Virus record (IMG/VR): IMGVR_UViG_2939121850_000001
Length of the DNA: 64,000 bases
Source of the DNA: a virus
Taxonomy: Duplodnaviria; Heunggongvirae; Uroviricota; Caudoviricetes
Strand: one strand, 5' to 3'
How positions within the stretch are numbered: the stretch's first letter is position 1; each line of letters opens with the position of its first letter. The position numbers and the translations under genes were made by a program. The notes below the pieces were generated by a model that searched no databases, was not told where the DNA came from, and saw nothing but the letters and a program-made list of their open reading frames with translations. Shown here one piece after another: positions 19,801 through 29,146 of the stretch.

Positions 19801-20596
19801 TCATCGTGCTCGCTATTTAGGTGGTGAAATCTATACACCTGGAGCAGGAGCACAGGGTGGGGCGCAATATGGAGTGAGGGGACCACTGCCTGATAACGCT
19901 GTTATCGATCAGTCTACTGGCCTGGCGTTTACCCCTGGTGATAGCCCGTTTGAGAAAGGCGGTCTGGTAGACAAAATCGGCAATGCTGTTGGCGTTAACG
20001 ATCTGGTCAACAAATTCATGAATGGCCGGGGTATGCGTCGGGAAGTCGTTCAGGGAACGCTCGAAGAACGTGCACGAGGGAAGGGGACCGCAACAGCAGC
20101 TGGCAATGTGTATGTTGATATTCCGATGCCAGTTGAAGAGGCGCGTCCGGTGGCCAGCAACTCAAGTTACTTTGACCAACTCGGCGCACAAATGGGGATT
20201 GATGGACTATTCGATAAACTCCGCAACTCGCCGGGGATGCGGAAAAATAATGTGCCTGAACCAGCCTCCACGTCCAAGGTGACGACTGCTGCCAACGATT
20301 TGCAGCAACCAACCGGTCGTATGCAGATAGACGGGCAGGTTATTAGTGACCTTGGCGGTTCCGGTGCCAAGCCGACAATGCAGTTGGCTGATAATACCGT
20401 TTCACTTGATGGTGAAACGAAGCGGCTGTTTGCGCAGATGACCTCATTGCTTGCCAGGATTGAAGAGCACACCAAAGACTCGGCGAAAGGCCAGGGAACT
20501 GTCGTAAAGGTCAGCACGCCTCAGCCGGGCGTTATGCGCACGGTACCACTGTCAATTGATGATCCGTTGATGAATGACTACGCGAGAGTTGATTGA
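16856..20596 (+). CDS. sit: Tape measure / injection transglycosylase Sit with soluble lytic transglycosylase domain
   Basis: 1246-aa ORF; SLT signature GALGMFQFTGIAREETG...ITAYNAGFG; Gly/Lys-rich segment; internal tandem repeats. Confidence 0.8.
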   Translation: MERKNANIDDVIRTVETASAKELEELAGIREAVEDLKGERVATVDPVSRSVSALNRTIENSRPDFVTNVPSVDSIVDAMKRLNLGDVSRIREDKVTNREQQAAPTAHNPPNRRREAITEDVKAQRLETVKLARDLKGERVATVDPVSRSVSALNRTIENSRPDFVANAPSVDPIVDAMKRLNLGDVSRVVQEGIAQQEQQAKSTTPKGKKRRRKAISEDIKAQRTEAAEHAREMFDQKGGAQKSQNQRDARGRFIGKSGSKAAAEDARAERAEKARRKEDDERLNAESGLLKKLSKVAEGIGNPSETRAVDALGYAVAGPLWAAGKELGGISKEVGGSLNGARKSIADVIRGNDDNSRRKGFFRRKSQNSADVVQVNTQKRTVQELQEQTSEIKEGNDKILSALDQIAKNTGKKKGGLLSKLFSLLGKGAGGVASLLMGRGMLKKAGALAFGALGAKKLLGMLRGGGKKTIAHEGGDLAARAAGKFGLKAVGKGALRAIPLVGTVAGGIYDAVTGWNDTEAQRRAFGLKSGQDPSFQQKAAYTLANVLDMGGLVSGISSAIGEVLKSLGFEDIGNMLQSFSTESIAQAIDSGITNLETYISNLGDTISTKFEDYTAKIGDAVSAWFSDTSNKLLEKLDAIKDFFTVDNLKQVFSDAIDSAIDFIKNPGKHIKEAAGNIWDGVKNLPGKALDAAVDAVKNTPAAMIVSKIPNPIGEANAKEITPELKAPVNSEANAKEIAPELKAPVNSHQETSDSKTESDAKQTNIVTRVINAALDTAKDSNETVKETANQIINANAVETGNSALQKIDKAIGQNSSSSSSLNTTGTRNDIQKAADTYNNGRLDVKVGSLGSEGKANLDKLAPYFAELENKYGLPEGTLYAIAATESGGNPYAKSQTGALGMFQFTGIAREETGLAEGESFDPVKSAEAAALLMSKYLKQANGDLNEAITAYNAGFGTINKWKKGTGDLSKENREYAIKVNTHRARYLGGEIYTPGAGAQGGAQYGVRGPLPDNAVIDQSTGLAFTPGDSPFEKGGLVDKIGNAVGVNDLVNKFMNGRGMRREVVQGTLEERARGKGTATAAGNVYVDIPMPVEEARPVASNSSYFDQLGAQMGIDGLFDKLRNSPGMRKNNVPEPASTSKVTTAANDLQQPTGRMQIDGQVISDLGGSGAKPTMQLADNTVSLDGETKRLFAQMTSLLARIEEHTKDSAKGQGTVVKVSTPQPGVMRTVPLSIDDPLMNDYARVD
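16958..17419 (+). repeat. Two ~165-bp near-identical in-frame direct repeats inside sit
   Basis: Units at 16958-17122 and 17256-17419 encoding ERVATVDPVSRSVSALNRTIENSRPDFV...AMKRLNLGDVSR twice. Confidence 0.7.
18998..19099 (+). repeat. Perfect-tandem 51-bp x2 repeat inside sit
   Basis: GAGGCTAATGCGAAAGAAATC(A/G)CTCCAGAGTTAAAAGCTCCGGTTAATAGC twice, one mismatch. Confidence 0.8.
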
Positions 20597-20952
20597 TGGC
20601 CAACAATAACGAAATTGATCCTTTGCTGACGCTGGAGTTATCCGGCGTAAAAACGTATGAGTCCCAGGAGGAGGCCTGGGGCGCTCGTTTATATGAGTGG
20701 CTAAACACTTATCAGGGTGAGGTATACGGAGATCCGTCATGGGGCAATGTTTTACCGCAGTTTAAACACGAACCGACCAACTTGTCGCATGTTCAAATTG
20801 CGGTTGAGGCAATGCTGTTGCAAAAACTGACGGTAGATTTACCTGACATACCGATTTCTGGCTTGTCAGTAGCCGAGGGAGATGCTTTTGATAAGTTGAA
20901 AATATCCATTCGTATCAGGGATATAACTATCACACAGGACGTGGTGCTATGA
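20593..20952 (+). CDS. Putative baseplate protein (gp25/GpW-like size class)
   Basis: 119-aa ORF overlapping sit stop. Confidence 0.45.
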   Translation: MMANNNEIDPLLTLELSGVKTYESQEEAWGARLYEWLNTYQGEVYGDPSWGNVLPQFKHEPTNLSHVQIAVEAMLLQKLTVDLPDIPISGLSVAEGDAFDKLKISIRIRDITITQDVVL

Positions 20953-22382
20953 GTAAAACAACACCGACTAAAGACAGTATTCGTGCAGAGTTTGAAGAGC
21001 TTGTCGAGAAAGATTCATTCTGGTCGAAGTTTGTCGGCTCTCAATTTGTCTCGATGCTGACATTGTTTATTACCCAGATTGTCTACAGGTGCTTTCAGTA
21101 TGCCGATGCGGCGCTGGCTGAAGGCTTTATATCGACCGCGACGCGGCGTTCCTCTATCCTGGCAGCGGCAGAAACGAATAGTTACGTTGGTACCAAGCCA
21201 ACACCGTCATCGGGGATGATTGAGATCACCGCCACAAGTGAAGATGCCCCAGCGGTAATCCCCAAAAACATGCCTTTAATATCTGACGACCAGTACCCTT
21301 ACATGACTATGGATGTATGCAGGTTGGTTGACGGCACCGGTACGGTAGAAGTGGCACAGTTGGAAATCCAGGAGGTGACATATACCGTTACGGCAGCCAA
21401 AGAATTTCTGGAAGTCGTGTTATCAAAGGCTCTTACTGCTGTCTGCTATAAGCTGGAAGTATTCGTGACGACCGATGGTAAGACCACGCAGTGGTCTTCC
21501 AGCACTATGTTCCGGTTAGCCGGTAGTAAAAGCCAGGTCTACGTTGAGTTTTATAAACCATCCGAGCAGTTGGGGGTTCGATTCGGCGATGGGCTAATTG
21601 GGCAAATACCGCCAGAAGGTTCGACAATTACGCTTAAGGTATGGTGCACCAACGGCGATATAACCCTGGTTGCTGGCCAAAACCTGACGCCTGTCGATTC
21701 TGCGGCTAATTTAGCTAATTTGATTTCAGTTAAGACAACGACACCTATAACCGCAGGTACCGATGCTGAAACAACGGAGATCACACGTAACCGTGCACAA
21801 TATTACCTTGCCTATGATGATCAGGTCGTATGGGGCGGGGACTATACGTATTTTCTGGTTCGTAACATCCCGGGGCTGTCCTGGGTAAAGGCATGGGGCG
21901 AAGGCCAGCAAGAGAAATTAGATGGTGCTTATAATGTTCAGAATATCAATAAGATATTTATTTCAGGATGGCATCCAAATAAAAGCCAGTCAGAGCTTGA
22001 AGAAATGATCCTGACTGCCTTTAAGAAGGTACCGAATGAACTGAACAAGAAATTCTCTTATAAAGAGGTCAGAAAACTACCATTTAAGATAACCATCACC
22101 GGGCGGATATCGGCAAGCCTGACTATTGAGAACGTGACTGATGAGTTGAAGTCGGCACTGGAAACAAAATTTGGGCGCGACTCAAATTTCTTTGATCCGA
22201 ACGGTGTCGGCAAGTACATCCTGATCAAGAAAAAAGACGTTTGGGCATTTATCGAAACGCTGGGTTATTTCCGCGACTTTTATCTGGAATTTGTCGAGTG
22301 GAATGAGTCCAACGGCTTTTACGATTTCGTTTATCTGGATACAGAAAACTCCACCTTTAATATTTCGTATGAGGAGGAGTGA
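20949..22382 (+). CDS. Putative baseplate protein (J-like)
   Basis: 477-aa ORF overlapping neighbours by 4 bp. Confidence 0.45.
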   Translation: MSKTTPTKDSIRAEFEELVEKDSFWSKFVGSQFVSMLTLFITQIVYRCFQYADAALAEGFISTATRRSSILAAAETNSYVGTKPTPSSGMIEITATSEDAPAVIPKNMPLISDDQYPYMTMDVCRLVDGTGTVEVAQLEIQEVTYTVTAAKEFLEVVLSKALTAVCYKLEVFVTTDGKTTQWSSSTMFRLAGSKSQVYVEFYKPSEQLGVRFGDGLIGQIPPEGSTITLKVWCTNGDITLVAGQNLTPVDSAANLANLISVKTTTPITAGTDAETTEITRNRAQYYLAYDDQVVWGGDYTYFLVRNIPGLSWVKAWGEGQQEKLDGAYNVQNINKIFISGWHPNKSQSELEEMILTAFKKVPNELNKKFSYKEVRKLPFKITITGRISASLTIENVTDELKSALETKFGRDSNFFDPNGVGKYILIKKKDVWAFIETLGYFRDFYLEFVEWNESNGFYDFVYLDTENSTFNISYEEE

Positions 22383-23218
22383 TGCAACGTTCCTGGTTTA
22401 ATAATCGGCTTACATCAGCTAAGCAAAAGTCATTGCTCTATAAATCATTGGCTGATTTGGTTCAGTCAATGATGGACACCTTTGTTGACCCATGGTTGGA
22501 GCGAATTACCAACCGGAAGTCTATTTTTTCCATGAGCAAGGAGGATCTGGAGACCAGGACAAATGAACTTGGCCAGTTCTTTACTATCAGAACCTCAAAC
22601 TCATCTTCCGTTCCGATGTTGTTACAACAGCGGCTTGATGAGATTCACTTTAAGGGGACTGAACGCCCTATAAACCAGACAATTTACCGCGAATTTAATG
22701 GTATTTCTGTTTTATGGGATCCGATATATGCACCGGTGGACCTTGAACGTCATCCCTATGGCACAGTTCTAATACCAGAAAGCACACTGGAAACTACCGG
22801 CGGCACATTCGGTGAGATGTTTCTGACTTCCAGAGGGATGATCAGTATTCCCATAAACGACCTGGCCCGGACAATGGGTATTACTGGCACGATAGATCAG
22901 TCCGCAATTACAGAAGAAATTCTCAGAAAGTTTAATCAGTTCGTAAAGCCTCTACTGCCACTGCATATAGTGTTTGATGGGCTTACGCTCTATTTGTCGG
23001 TTGTTGTGAATGAACAGGCCGACATGATCACTTTGAACGAGATTTCTGATACCGAAAAAGCGTACTGCTGGTTTGAAACTTCGGATACAACTTCCCTTAC
23101 TGGAGTTACGTCGATTAGCGCCCCGATCACCGCAACGCCTGGTGGCACTATTGTGAAAGCGACACCTACGTTTGATCGCACACGCGCAGATGATTTGTTG
23201 CTGGATAGCGACGCCTGA
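22379..23218 (+). CDS. Putative baseplate/tail protein
   Basis: 279-aa ORF; followed by hairpin TCACCCCG-N9-CGGGGTGA. Confidence 0.45.
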   Translation: MMQRSWFNNRLTSAKQKSLLYKSLADLVQSMMDTFVDPWLERITNRKSIFSMSKEDLETRTNELGQFFTIRTSNSSSVPMLLQQRLDEIHFKGTERPINQTIYREFNGISVLWDPIYAPVDLERHPYGTVLIPESTLETTGGTFGEMFLTSRGMISIPINDLARTMGITGTIDQSAITEEILRKFNQFVKPLLPLHIVFDGLTLYLSVVVNEQADMITLNEISDTEKAYCWFETSDTTSLTGVTSISAPITATPGGTIVKATPTFDRTRADDLLLDSDA

Positions 23219-23247
23219 CAATCACCCCGTCCGCAGGGCGGGGTGAC

Positions 23248-23266
23248 AAGTTACTTCTCTTACAAT
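23248..23266 (+). promoter_or_regulatory. Late promoter element AAGTTACTT-N4-TACAAT
   Basis: Perfect 9-bp palindrome 4 bp from a -10-like hexamer, upstream of the tail fiber operon. Confidence 0.45.
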
Positions 23267-23296
23267 GAGGCTTCACAACATTGATTAGGGAAAATC

Positions 23297-23731
23297 ATGT
23301 CTGACGTCTCAACAAACCTCTATAAGAGTCAGTTGTTGGACTATTACTATCAGCGGCGCGCTGAATCGTCCATTAACAAAGGCTCTCGATTTTTAATCAG
23401 CAAGGCCGTTTTCGGTACCAGTTCACTGGTTACTAAGAAAGGAGATGGCACTTATGAGATTGGAGAACTGCCAAAGGCTTTCGAGCTGGCAGAACTGACC
23501 AGTAAATTTTGCACCATCAACCTCGTCCCAACCTACTCAGGCGGGATAATTACTGTCCGAATGGACCTTGATCAAAGCCAGTTGCAGAAAGGGAAAAACT
23601 ACCCATTCAACACTCTGGTTGTTCTGGATAACGAGAACAAGCCAATCGCCATTATTTGTGTCCAGGAAGACTCGCTGTATGTGGGCAAAACATATACCGC
23701 AGTTATGGCCATAAACACGACTACAGCATAA
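23297..23731 (+). CDS. Putative tail fiber-associated structural protein
   Basis: 144-aa ORF immediately before the tail fiber gene. Confidence 0.45.
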   Translation: MSDVSTNLYKSQLLDYYYQRRAESSINKGSRFLISKAVFGTSSLVTKKGDGTYEIGELPKAFELAELTSKFCTINLVPTYSGGIITVRMDLDQSQLQKGKNYPFNTLVVLDNENKPIAIICVQEDSLYVGKTYTAVMAINTTTA

Positions 23732-23742
23732 GGATATGCTTG

Positions 23743-26700
23743 ATGAATGACGTTACAGTTGTCACATCGGTTACTTACCCATCACCCGAGTCGTTGGCTC
23801 TGGTGGCTGATGTGCAATACCACGAACCATATCTGTCAGCCGCGCTAAACCGAAAATTCAGGGGAATTGTTGACCCTGGATTTTATGCCGGTTTTTTTCC
23901 TAAGCCTGGCGGTGGGATGAACCTGTTAATCACCTCAGTGGATGGTGATAAAACCGCTGGCGCGGCGTCAGTGAATATTGGTGAATTCTACCAGGTAACT
24001 ATTCAGCAGCGTAAGGATATTTCTCTTGCACTTAGCGCAGGTAAGAAATATGCAATTGTGCTGAAGGGAAGATACCTCCTTGGAGAAGATTCTTATCAGG
24101 TTAATACCGCGTCACATATTCATGCGGCTGAATTTGTTGCCAGAACCTATACCGATTCATATCAGTTAGGAGATGGGGAACTGCTTGTTTGTACGGTGAA
24201 TATCCCTGCTGGCGTATCTGCTATTACTAAGGAAATGATAGATGTATCCGACCGCATCGATCTCGCGATAGGCATTGAAATTTCCGACTCTGTAACCAGT
24301 ACCAGAAGTGATGTCGCTGCAAGTTCGCTGGCGGTTAAAAAAGCCTACGATCTGGCTAAAAGCAAGTATACGGCGCAGGATGCAAGCACAACACAAAAGG
24401 GATTAGTTCAGCTCAGTAGCGCAACTAACAGCGACAGCGAAACAATGGCGGCTACCCCTAAAGCCGTTAAGTCTGTAAAAGAGCTGGCTGATACCAAAGC
24501 GCCAATAGAAAGCCCGAGTCTGACAGGAACGCCAACCGCGCCGACGGCAGCGCAAGGTACAAACAGCACGCAGATCGCAAATACAGCCTTTGTTAAGGCA
24601 GCTATAACGGCACTTATCAACGGTGCACCTGGCACACTGGATACGCTTAAAGAAATAGCGGCTGCGATCAATAACGACCCGAATTTTAGCACAACTATCA
24701 ACAATGCTCTGGCTCTTAAAGCTCCTTTAGCAAGTCCTGCATTAACGGGAATACCTACTGCGCCTACCGCTGCACAGGGTACGAATAACACGCAGATTGC
24801 TACGACCGCTTATGTAAGAGCTGCTATCTCTGCATTGGTCGGCTCATCACCTGAAGCTCTTGATACCCTGAATGAGCTTGCAGCAGCACTGGGCAATGAC
24901 CCGAACTTTGCGACAACAATGACAAATGCGCTGGCAGGCAAACAGCCTCTGGATGCAACTTTAACCGCGCTCGCTGCCCTTGCGACTGGTGCAAACAAAC
25001 TGCCTTATTTCACTGGTAAGGATACGGTAGCGCAGACTGATTTAACGTCAGTCGGTCGCGATATTCTGGCTAAAACAAGCACACTGGCCGTTATCCAATA
25101 CCTTGGTTTAAGAGAACTCGGTACCAGCGGTGAAAAGATCCCCCTGTTGAGTACGGCTAACACATGGAGTGCACGCCAGACTTTCAACGGCGGGATCACC
25201 GGGGCACTGACAGGGAACGCCGACACCGCGACGAAATTGAAAACAGCACGCACGATTGGCGGTGTGGCATTTGATGGCTCGGCCAATATCAACCTTCCAG
25301 GTGTAAATACAACAGGTAACCAGAACACCACCGGGAATGCTGCTACCGCGACAAAACTTGCGACGGCAAGAAACATCAACGGTGTTAAATTTGATGGTTC
25401 AGGGGACGTTAATATCAATACGTTGGTATCACGCGGGCGCGTAACGGCGTTAAGTGGCTCTACTCAGGGTACTGCTGGCATTCAAATGTACGAGGCGTAC
25501 AACAATAGCTACCCGACCACGTATGGCAACGTATTGCACATGAAAGGTGCGAGTGCTGCTGGTGAGGGCGAGTTGCTTATTGGCTGGAGTGGTACGAGCG
25601 GTGCACATGCGCCGGTTTTCATTCGCTCCCGAAGAGATAACACTGATGCGGCATGGTCAGCGTGGGCGCAGGTATATACATCAAGGGACTCCATTCCTGG
25701 TGTGAATGCCACTGGCAATCAGAATACAACTGGCAATGCAGCAACCGCTACAAAACTACAGACGGCAAGAACTATCGGCGGAGTTAGCTTTGATGGTACT
25801 GCGAATATTAATTTACCTGGTGTTAATACGACTGGTAATCAGAATACAACGGGCAACGCTGCAACCGCTACAAAACTACAGACAGCGCGTACAATCAACG
25901 GTGTTAAGTTTGATGGTTCTGCGGACATAACGCTGACTCCTGCGAACCTTGACGTATACAGCAAAAGCGAAATAGACAATAAAAAAGGGATGAGAAAATA
26001 CACTTTTTCAGCGCCTGCAAATGCAGTAAGCGGTAAGTGGTATCCTGTAGTCTTTCGCCGAACTGGTGGTGGCACAGATGAATTAGCCTCACGAGTGGTT
26101 ATCACCACTCATTCCTCAGCTGGCGGATACGCCATGAATAATTGTGAATTTAATGGGTTTGTTATGCCTGGCGGTTGGTCTGAACGCGGTTCATATGCGG
26201 CTGGTTTTTTCGCAATATATTCTACTGCTGAGCGAGCTATACACTCGATTATCGCAAGCGTGAAAGATGATGATTTGTGTAGTGTATTTTACGTTGAGAC
26301 AAGAGCATTCCCTATCCAGATTTTTGCTGAGGAAGGATTAAATGTGATTGTTCCAACGGCTGATTATGCAGTTGGTCAAACCACTTATAAGTGGGGGGCA
26401 ACTGATCCTTTATCAGAAAGTACGAATGCAAAGATAATTTTGGACTTTAAAAATGGACGAGGTTATTACTGTTCACATCCATTTATTTCAAGTCTTTCAG
26501 GAAATGCTGCTACAGCCACGAAATTGCAGACTGCAAGGACTATCGGCGGCGTGGCCTTCGATGGATCTGCGAACATAAATTTGCCTGGTGTAAATACGGC
26601 AGGTAATCAGAATACAACGGGCAACGCGGCTACAGCTACGAAGTTGCAAACTGCTAGAAAAATAAGCGGCGTGTCTTTTGATGGTTCTGCTGATATAACA

Positions 26701-27780
26701 CTAACAGCTGAAAATGTATCTGCTTTTGCTCTACGCGCTACTGGAACTTATGCCGATACTAGTGGTGCGGTCCCGTGGAATGCCGAATCAGGTGCGTATA
26801 ATGTTACACGCTCCGGGGATTCTTATATCGTTGCAAATTTTTATACAGGCGTAGGTAGTTGTCGGACTCTCCAAATCCGAGCGCACCATAAAAATGGTGG
26901 ATTGTATTACCGTTCATCACGTGATGGCTATGGGTTCGAAGAGGGCTGGGCTCAGATATATACTAAAAAAGACAGCATCCCTGGTGTGAATACAACTGGT
27001 AATCAGAACACTACTGGCAATGCTGCAACTGCAACAAAACTGCAAACAGCACGCACAATAGGCGGCGTGTCATTCGATGGCTCCGCCAATATTAATCTTC
27101 CAGGTGTAAACACTACGGGTAATCAGAACACCACTGGTAATGCTGCAACTGCCACAAAACTACAGACTGCACGGAATATCAACGGCGTTCCGTTTGACGG
27201 CACGAAGGATATTACGCTTACGCCTAAAGATCTGGATGCCTACAGCAAAAGCGAAGTACAGAGCGCACTGGCGGGCAAACAACCGCTGGACAATACGCTG
27301 ACTAATTTGAGTGGAAAGGATGTTGCTGGTCTTCTCGCATACCTTCAATTGGGAGAAGCGGCAAAACGGGATGTCGGAGCCGGTAATAATCAACTCCCGG
27401 ACATGTCCGCATTTGGTATGTCGCGAAACGGACAAACTGCCTGGGATATTCTCCCAAATGGTATGATTCGACAGGTTGGCACTGTGACACTGACACCAGT
27501 TGGTAACTTCAACGCGCAGGTGCTTGGTGGGGTGACGTACTACACCCATTACTACAGGGTTAATTTCCCCAGACAATTCCCAAATGCACAAATAGCAACG
27601 CTGGCAACACTAGCGAGTTACAGCTTTTCGACCCAGTCATCAATGGCTGGGAAATCACTGGCAACGCATCGCGATACTGATTCTGGCACTGACGTATCAA
27701 GAACGCGATTCACTGTGTCGTATACGACACCCAATCTCGGCGAAATTCCGACTTTGCATTTTGAAGCAATAGGATACTAA
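23743..27780 (+). CDS. Tail fiber protein (very long, modular)
   Basis: 1345-aa ORF from ATG 23743; repeated collar-like units GNAATATKLQTAR-I-GV-FDGSANINLPGVNTTGNQNTTGNAATATKLQTAR and two paralogous knob-like domains. Confidence 0.8.
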   Translation: MNDVTVVTSVTYPSPESLALVADVQYHEPYLSAALNRKFRGIVDPGFYAGFFPKPGGGMNLLITSVDGDKTAGAASVNIGEFYQVTIQQRKDISLALSAGKKYAIVLKGRYLLGEDSYQVNTASHIHAAEFVARTYTDSYQLGDGELLVCTVNIPAGVSAITKEMIDVSDRIDLAIGIEISDSVTSTRSDVAASSLAVKKAYDLAKSKYTAQDASTTQKGLVQLSSATNSDSETMAATPKAVKSVKELADTKAPIESPSLTGTPTAPTAAQGTNSTQIANTAFVKAAITALINGAPGTLDTLKEIAAAINNDPNFSTTINNALALKAPLASPALTGIPTAPTAAQGTNNTQIATTAYVRAAISALVGSSPEALDTLNELAAALGNDPNFATTMTNALAGKQPLDATLTALAALATGANKLPYFTGKDTVAQTDLTSVGRDILAKTSTLAVIQYLGLRELGTSGEKIPLLSTANTWSARQTFNGGITGALTGNADTATKLKTARTIGGVAFDGSANINLPGVNTTGNQNTTGNAATATKLATARNINGVKFDGSGDVNINTLVSRGRVTALSGSTQGTAGIQMYEAYNNSYPTTYGNVLHMKGASAAGEGELLIGWSGTSGAHAPVFIRSRRDNTDAAWSAWAQVYTSRDSIPGVNATGNQNTTGNAATATKLQTARTIGGVSFDGTANINLPGVNTTGNQNTTGNAATATKLQTARTINGVKFDGSADITLTPANLDVYSKSEIDNKKGMRKYTFSAPANAVSGKWYPVVFRRTGGGTDELASRVVITTHSSAGGYAMNNCEFNGFVMPGGWSERGSYAAGFFAIYSTAERAIHSIIASVKDDDLCSVFYVETRAFPIQIFAEEGLNVIVPTADYAVGQTTYKWGATDPLSESTNAKIILDFKNGRGYYCSHPFISSLSGNAATATKLQTARTIGGVAFDGSANINLPGVNTAGNQNTTGNAATATKLQTARKISGVSFDGSADITLTAENVSAFALRATGTYADTSGAVPWNAESGAYNVTRSGDSYIVANFYTGVGSCRTLQIRAHHKNGGLYYRSSRDGYGFEEGWAQIYTKKDSIPGVNTTGNQNTTGNAATATKLQTARTIGGVSFDGSANINLPGVNTTGNQNTTGNAATATKLQTARNINGVPFDGTKDITLTPKDLDAYSKSEVQSALAGKQPLDNTLTNLSGKDVAGLLAYLQLGEAAKRDVGAGNNQLPDMSAFGMSRNGQTAWDILPNGMIRQVGTVTLTPVGNFNAQVLGGVTYYTHYYRVNFPRQFPNAQIATLATLASYSFSTQSSMAGKSLATHRDTDSGTDVSRTRFTVSYTTPNLGEIPTLHFEAIGY
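25200..27225 (+). repeat. Four in-frame copies of a ~230-bp tail fiber module
   Basis: Copies near 25200, 25690, 26500, 26975; protein near-identical, DNA differing mainly at synonymous sites; AT-rich unique domain at ~25980-26500 interrupts the series. Confidence 0.7.
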
Positions 27781-27782
27781 AT

Positions 27783-28016
27783 ATGGAGAATATGTATTTC
27801 AGCCCAACGACCGTTGGTTTTTATGTTTCTGAACAAGAGCGACCTGATGATGCGGTTGAAGTCTCGCCAGAGGTGGAGGCATTTTTGAGGGAGTGTGTTA
27901 TCTGGGGAGCGGATACATTTAACGTAGAGCGAGATGCAGCAACGGTGACATATCCAACAGAACTGCTTGAATATGTCACCACCTACAACGCCCCCGTTAA
28001 ATATCCTGCGGATTGA
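27783..28016 (+). CDS. Small tail fiber-associated protein (possible truncated assembly chaperone)
   Basis: 77-aa ORF 3 bp after tail fiber stop; 3' end overlaps convergent tfa remnant. Confidence 0.4.
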   Translation: MENMYFSPTTVGFYVSEQERPDDAVEVSPEVEAFLRECVIWGADTFNVERDAATVTYPTELLEYVTTYNAPVKYPAD

Positions 28017-28327
28017 CAGGCCATACGGGTTTTGCTGTATCAACGCGCATCAGCAGGATCCGGCATTTCTTCGATTCAGAAAGCGCGGCGGTTTCCTCAT
28101 CCGTCGCGATACCGGCATCAACCGCATCCTATCGCCAGGCGATTTCAGAGTCCGCTTGAGCCTTTAAGCTTAATTTCCTGGCTTCTGCAATAGCCATTAG
28201 CTCTTCTTTCGTTGGAGGAGGAACATCCCCCCATGCGGGTTGTCCATTCTCTCCGCAAATACGTATTTTTCCTTCCGGTGGCGTCTGAGTAAAGCAGTGT
28301 TTTGGTCATTTGTTGATACGCGTACAT
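27997..28327 (-). pseudogene. Decayed tail fiber assembly (tfa-like) gene in inverted orientation
   Basis: Hand translation gives ...GENGQPAWGDVPPPTKEELMAIAEARKLSLKAQADSEIAWR-(TAG)[43 protein letters not shown]; a frameshift separates it from its ATG at 28327. Confidence 0.5.
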
Positions 28328-28467
28328 AGCCTATTAGCATATTTTCTGCTCACTATCGTTATTTATAGCAAGCTGCGGATTTTAATTAACAAAAACCAGT
28401 ATGTGTGGAAATCACAAAGTACATACCGTTTCCCAATGATATTTAATTCACTATTAAGGAAATAGTT

Positions 28468-28749
28468 ATGTGTGATTTCACAATAATGCTCCTCTCCATC
28501 CTTGGCGGGGTGCATTCGTTTCTGAATGGGGTTCGTGAAAAACGTTACGAAGCGTCATGCAGGCAATTGATGGCCGAGTGTATTGCTGCCGTACTTGCAG
28601 GCTTTATAGGCATGTATTTCGCGGAATATAAGGGTATGGATGAAAGTCTTCAGAATTGCGTGACTATTATTTGCAGCATCAATAACAGGCTCATTCTTGA
28701 AAAGTTACAAAGGATTATCGATTCGCACCTCAATAGAAATGCCTCTTAA
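28468..28749 (+). CDS. Small membrane protein (possible holin/antiholin-like)
   Basis: 93-aa ORF, one clear TM segment CIAAVLAGFIGMYFA; AT-rich; upstream of lydA. Confidence 0.4.
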   Translation: MCDFTIMLLSILGGVHSFLNGVREKRYEASCRQLMAECIAAVLAGFIGMYFAEYKGMDESLQNCVTIICSINNRLILEKLQRIIDSHLNRNAS

Positions 28750-28769
28750 GCAACAAATGACCGGTTGAG

Positions 28770-28788
28770 AAGTTACTTTGCATACCAT
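28770..28788 (+). promoter_or_regulatory. Late promoter element AAGTTACTT-N4-TACCAT
   Basis: Perfect palindrome 28 nt upstream of the lydA GTG start. Confidence 0.45.
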
Positions 28789-28816
28789 TACCTCCTGACA
28801 ACGTAGGAGGGAACTT

Positions 28817-29146
28817 GTGCTTGACACACAGGAATTAGCTCCAGTTGCTATTGCGCTCCTGCTTTCAGTAATTGGTGGGATAGGCACGTTCCTGATGGAT
28901 GTCCGAGACGGTCGCCAGTCTGGCAATTTGTTGGGATTGGTTACGGAGATCTTTGTTGCAGTGACAGCTGGCGCGGTGGCGTACCTATTGGGGCAACACG
29001 AGGGCTGGGAGTTATCAATTACGTACTTAATGGTAACGATAGCCAGCAATAACGGTCATGAGGTGATTTCAGGGATGAAACGAGTGAATATCGATAGCAT
29101 TCTGAATGTTCTTACAAGTTTGGTGAAAAAGGGAGGCGGGAAATGA
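28817..29146 (+). CDS. lydA: Holin LydA
   Basis: 109-aa ORF, GTG start with SD AGGAGGG, three hydrophobic segments; first gene of the operon containing darA. Confidence 0.7.
   Translation: MLDTQELAPVAIALLLSVIGGIGTFLMDVRDGRQSGNLLGLVTEIFVAVTAGAVAYLLGQHEGWELSITYLMVTIASNNGHEVISGMKRVNIDSILNVLTSLVKKGGGK

Noticed and set aside
25200-27225. Repeat array inside the tail fiber gene
   Set aside because: Repeats are in-frame coding modules, not a spacer array or minisatellite.
23656-27780. 1374-aa tail fiber ORF starting inside the upstream gene
   Set aside because: Start overlaps the preceding ORF in another frame; ATG at 23743 used.
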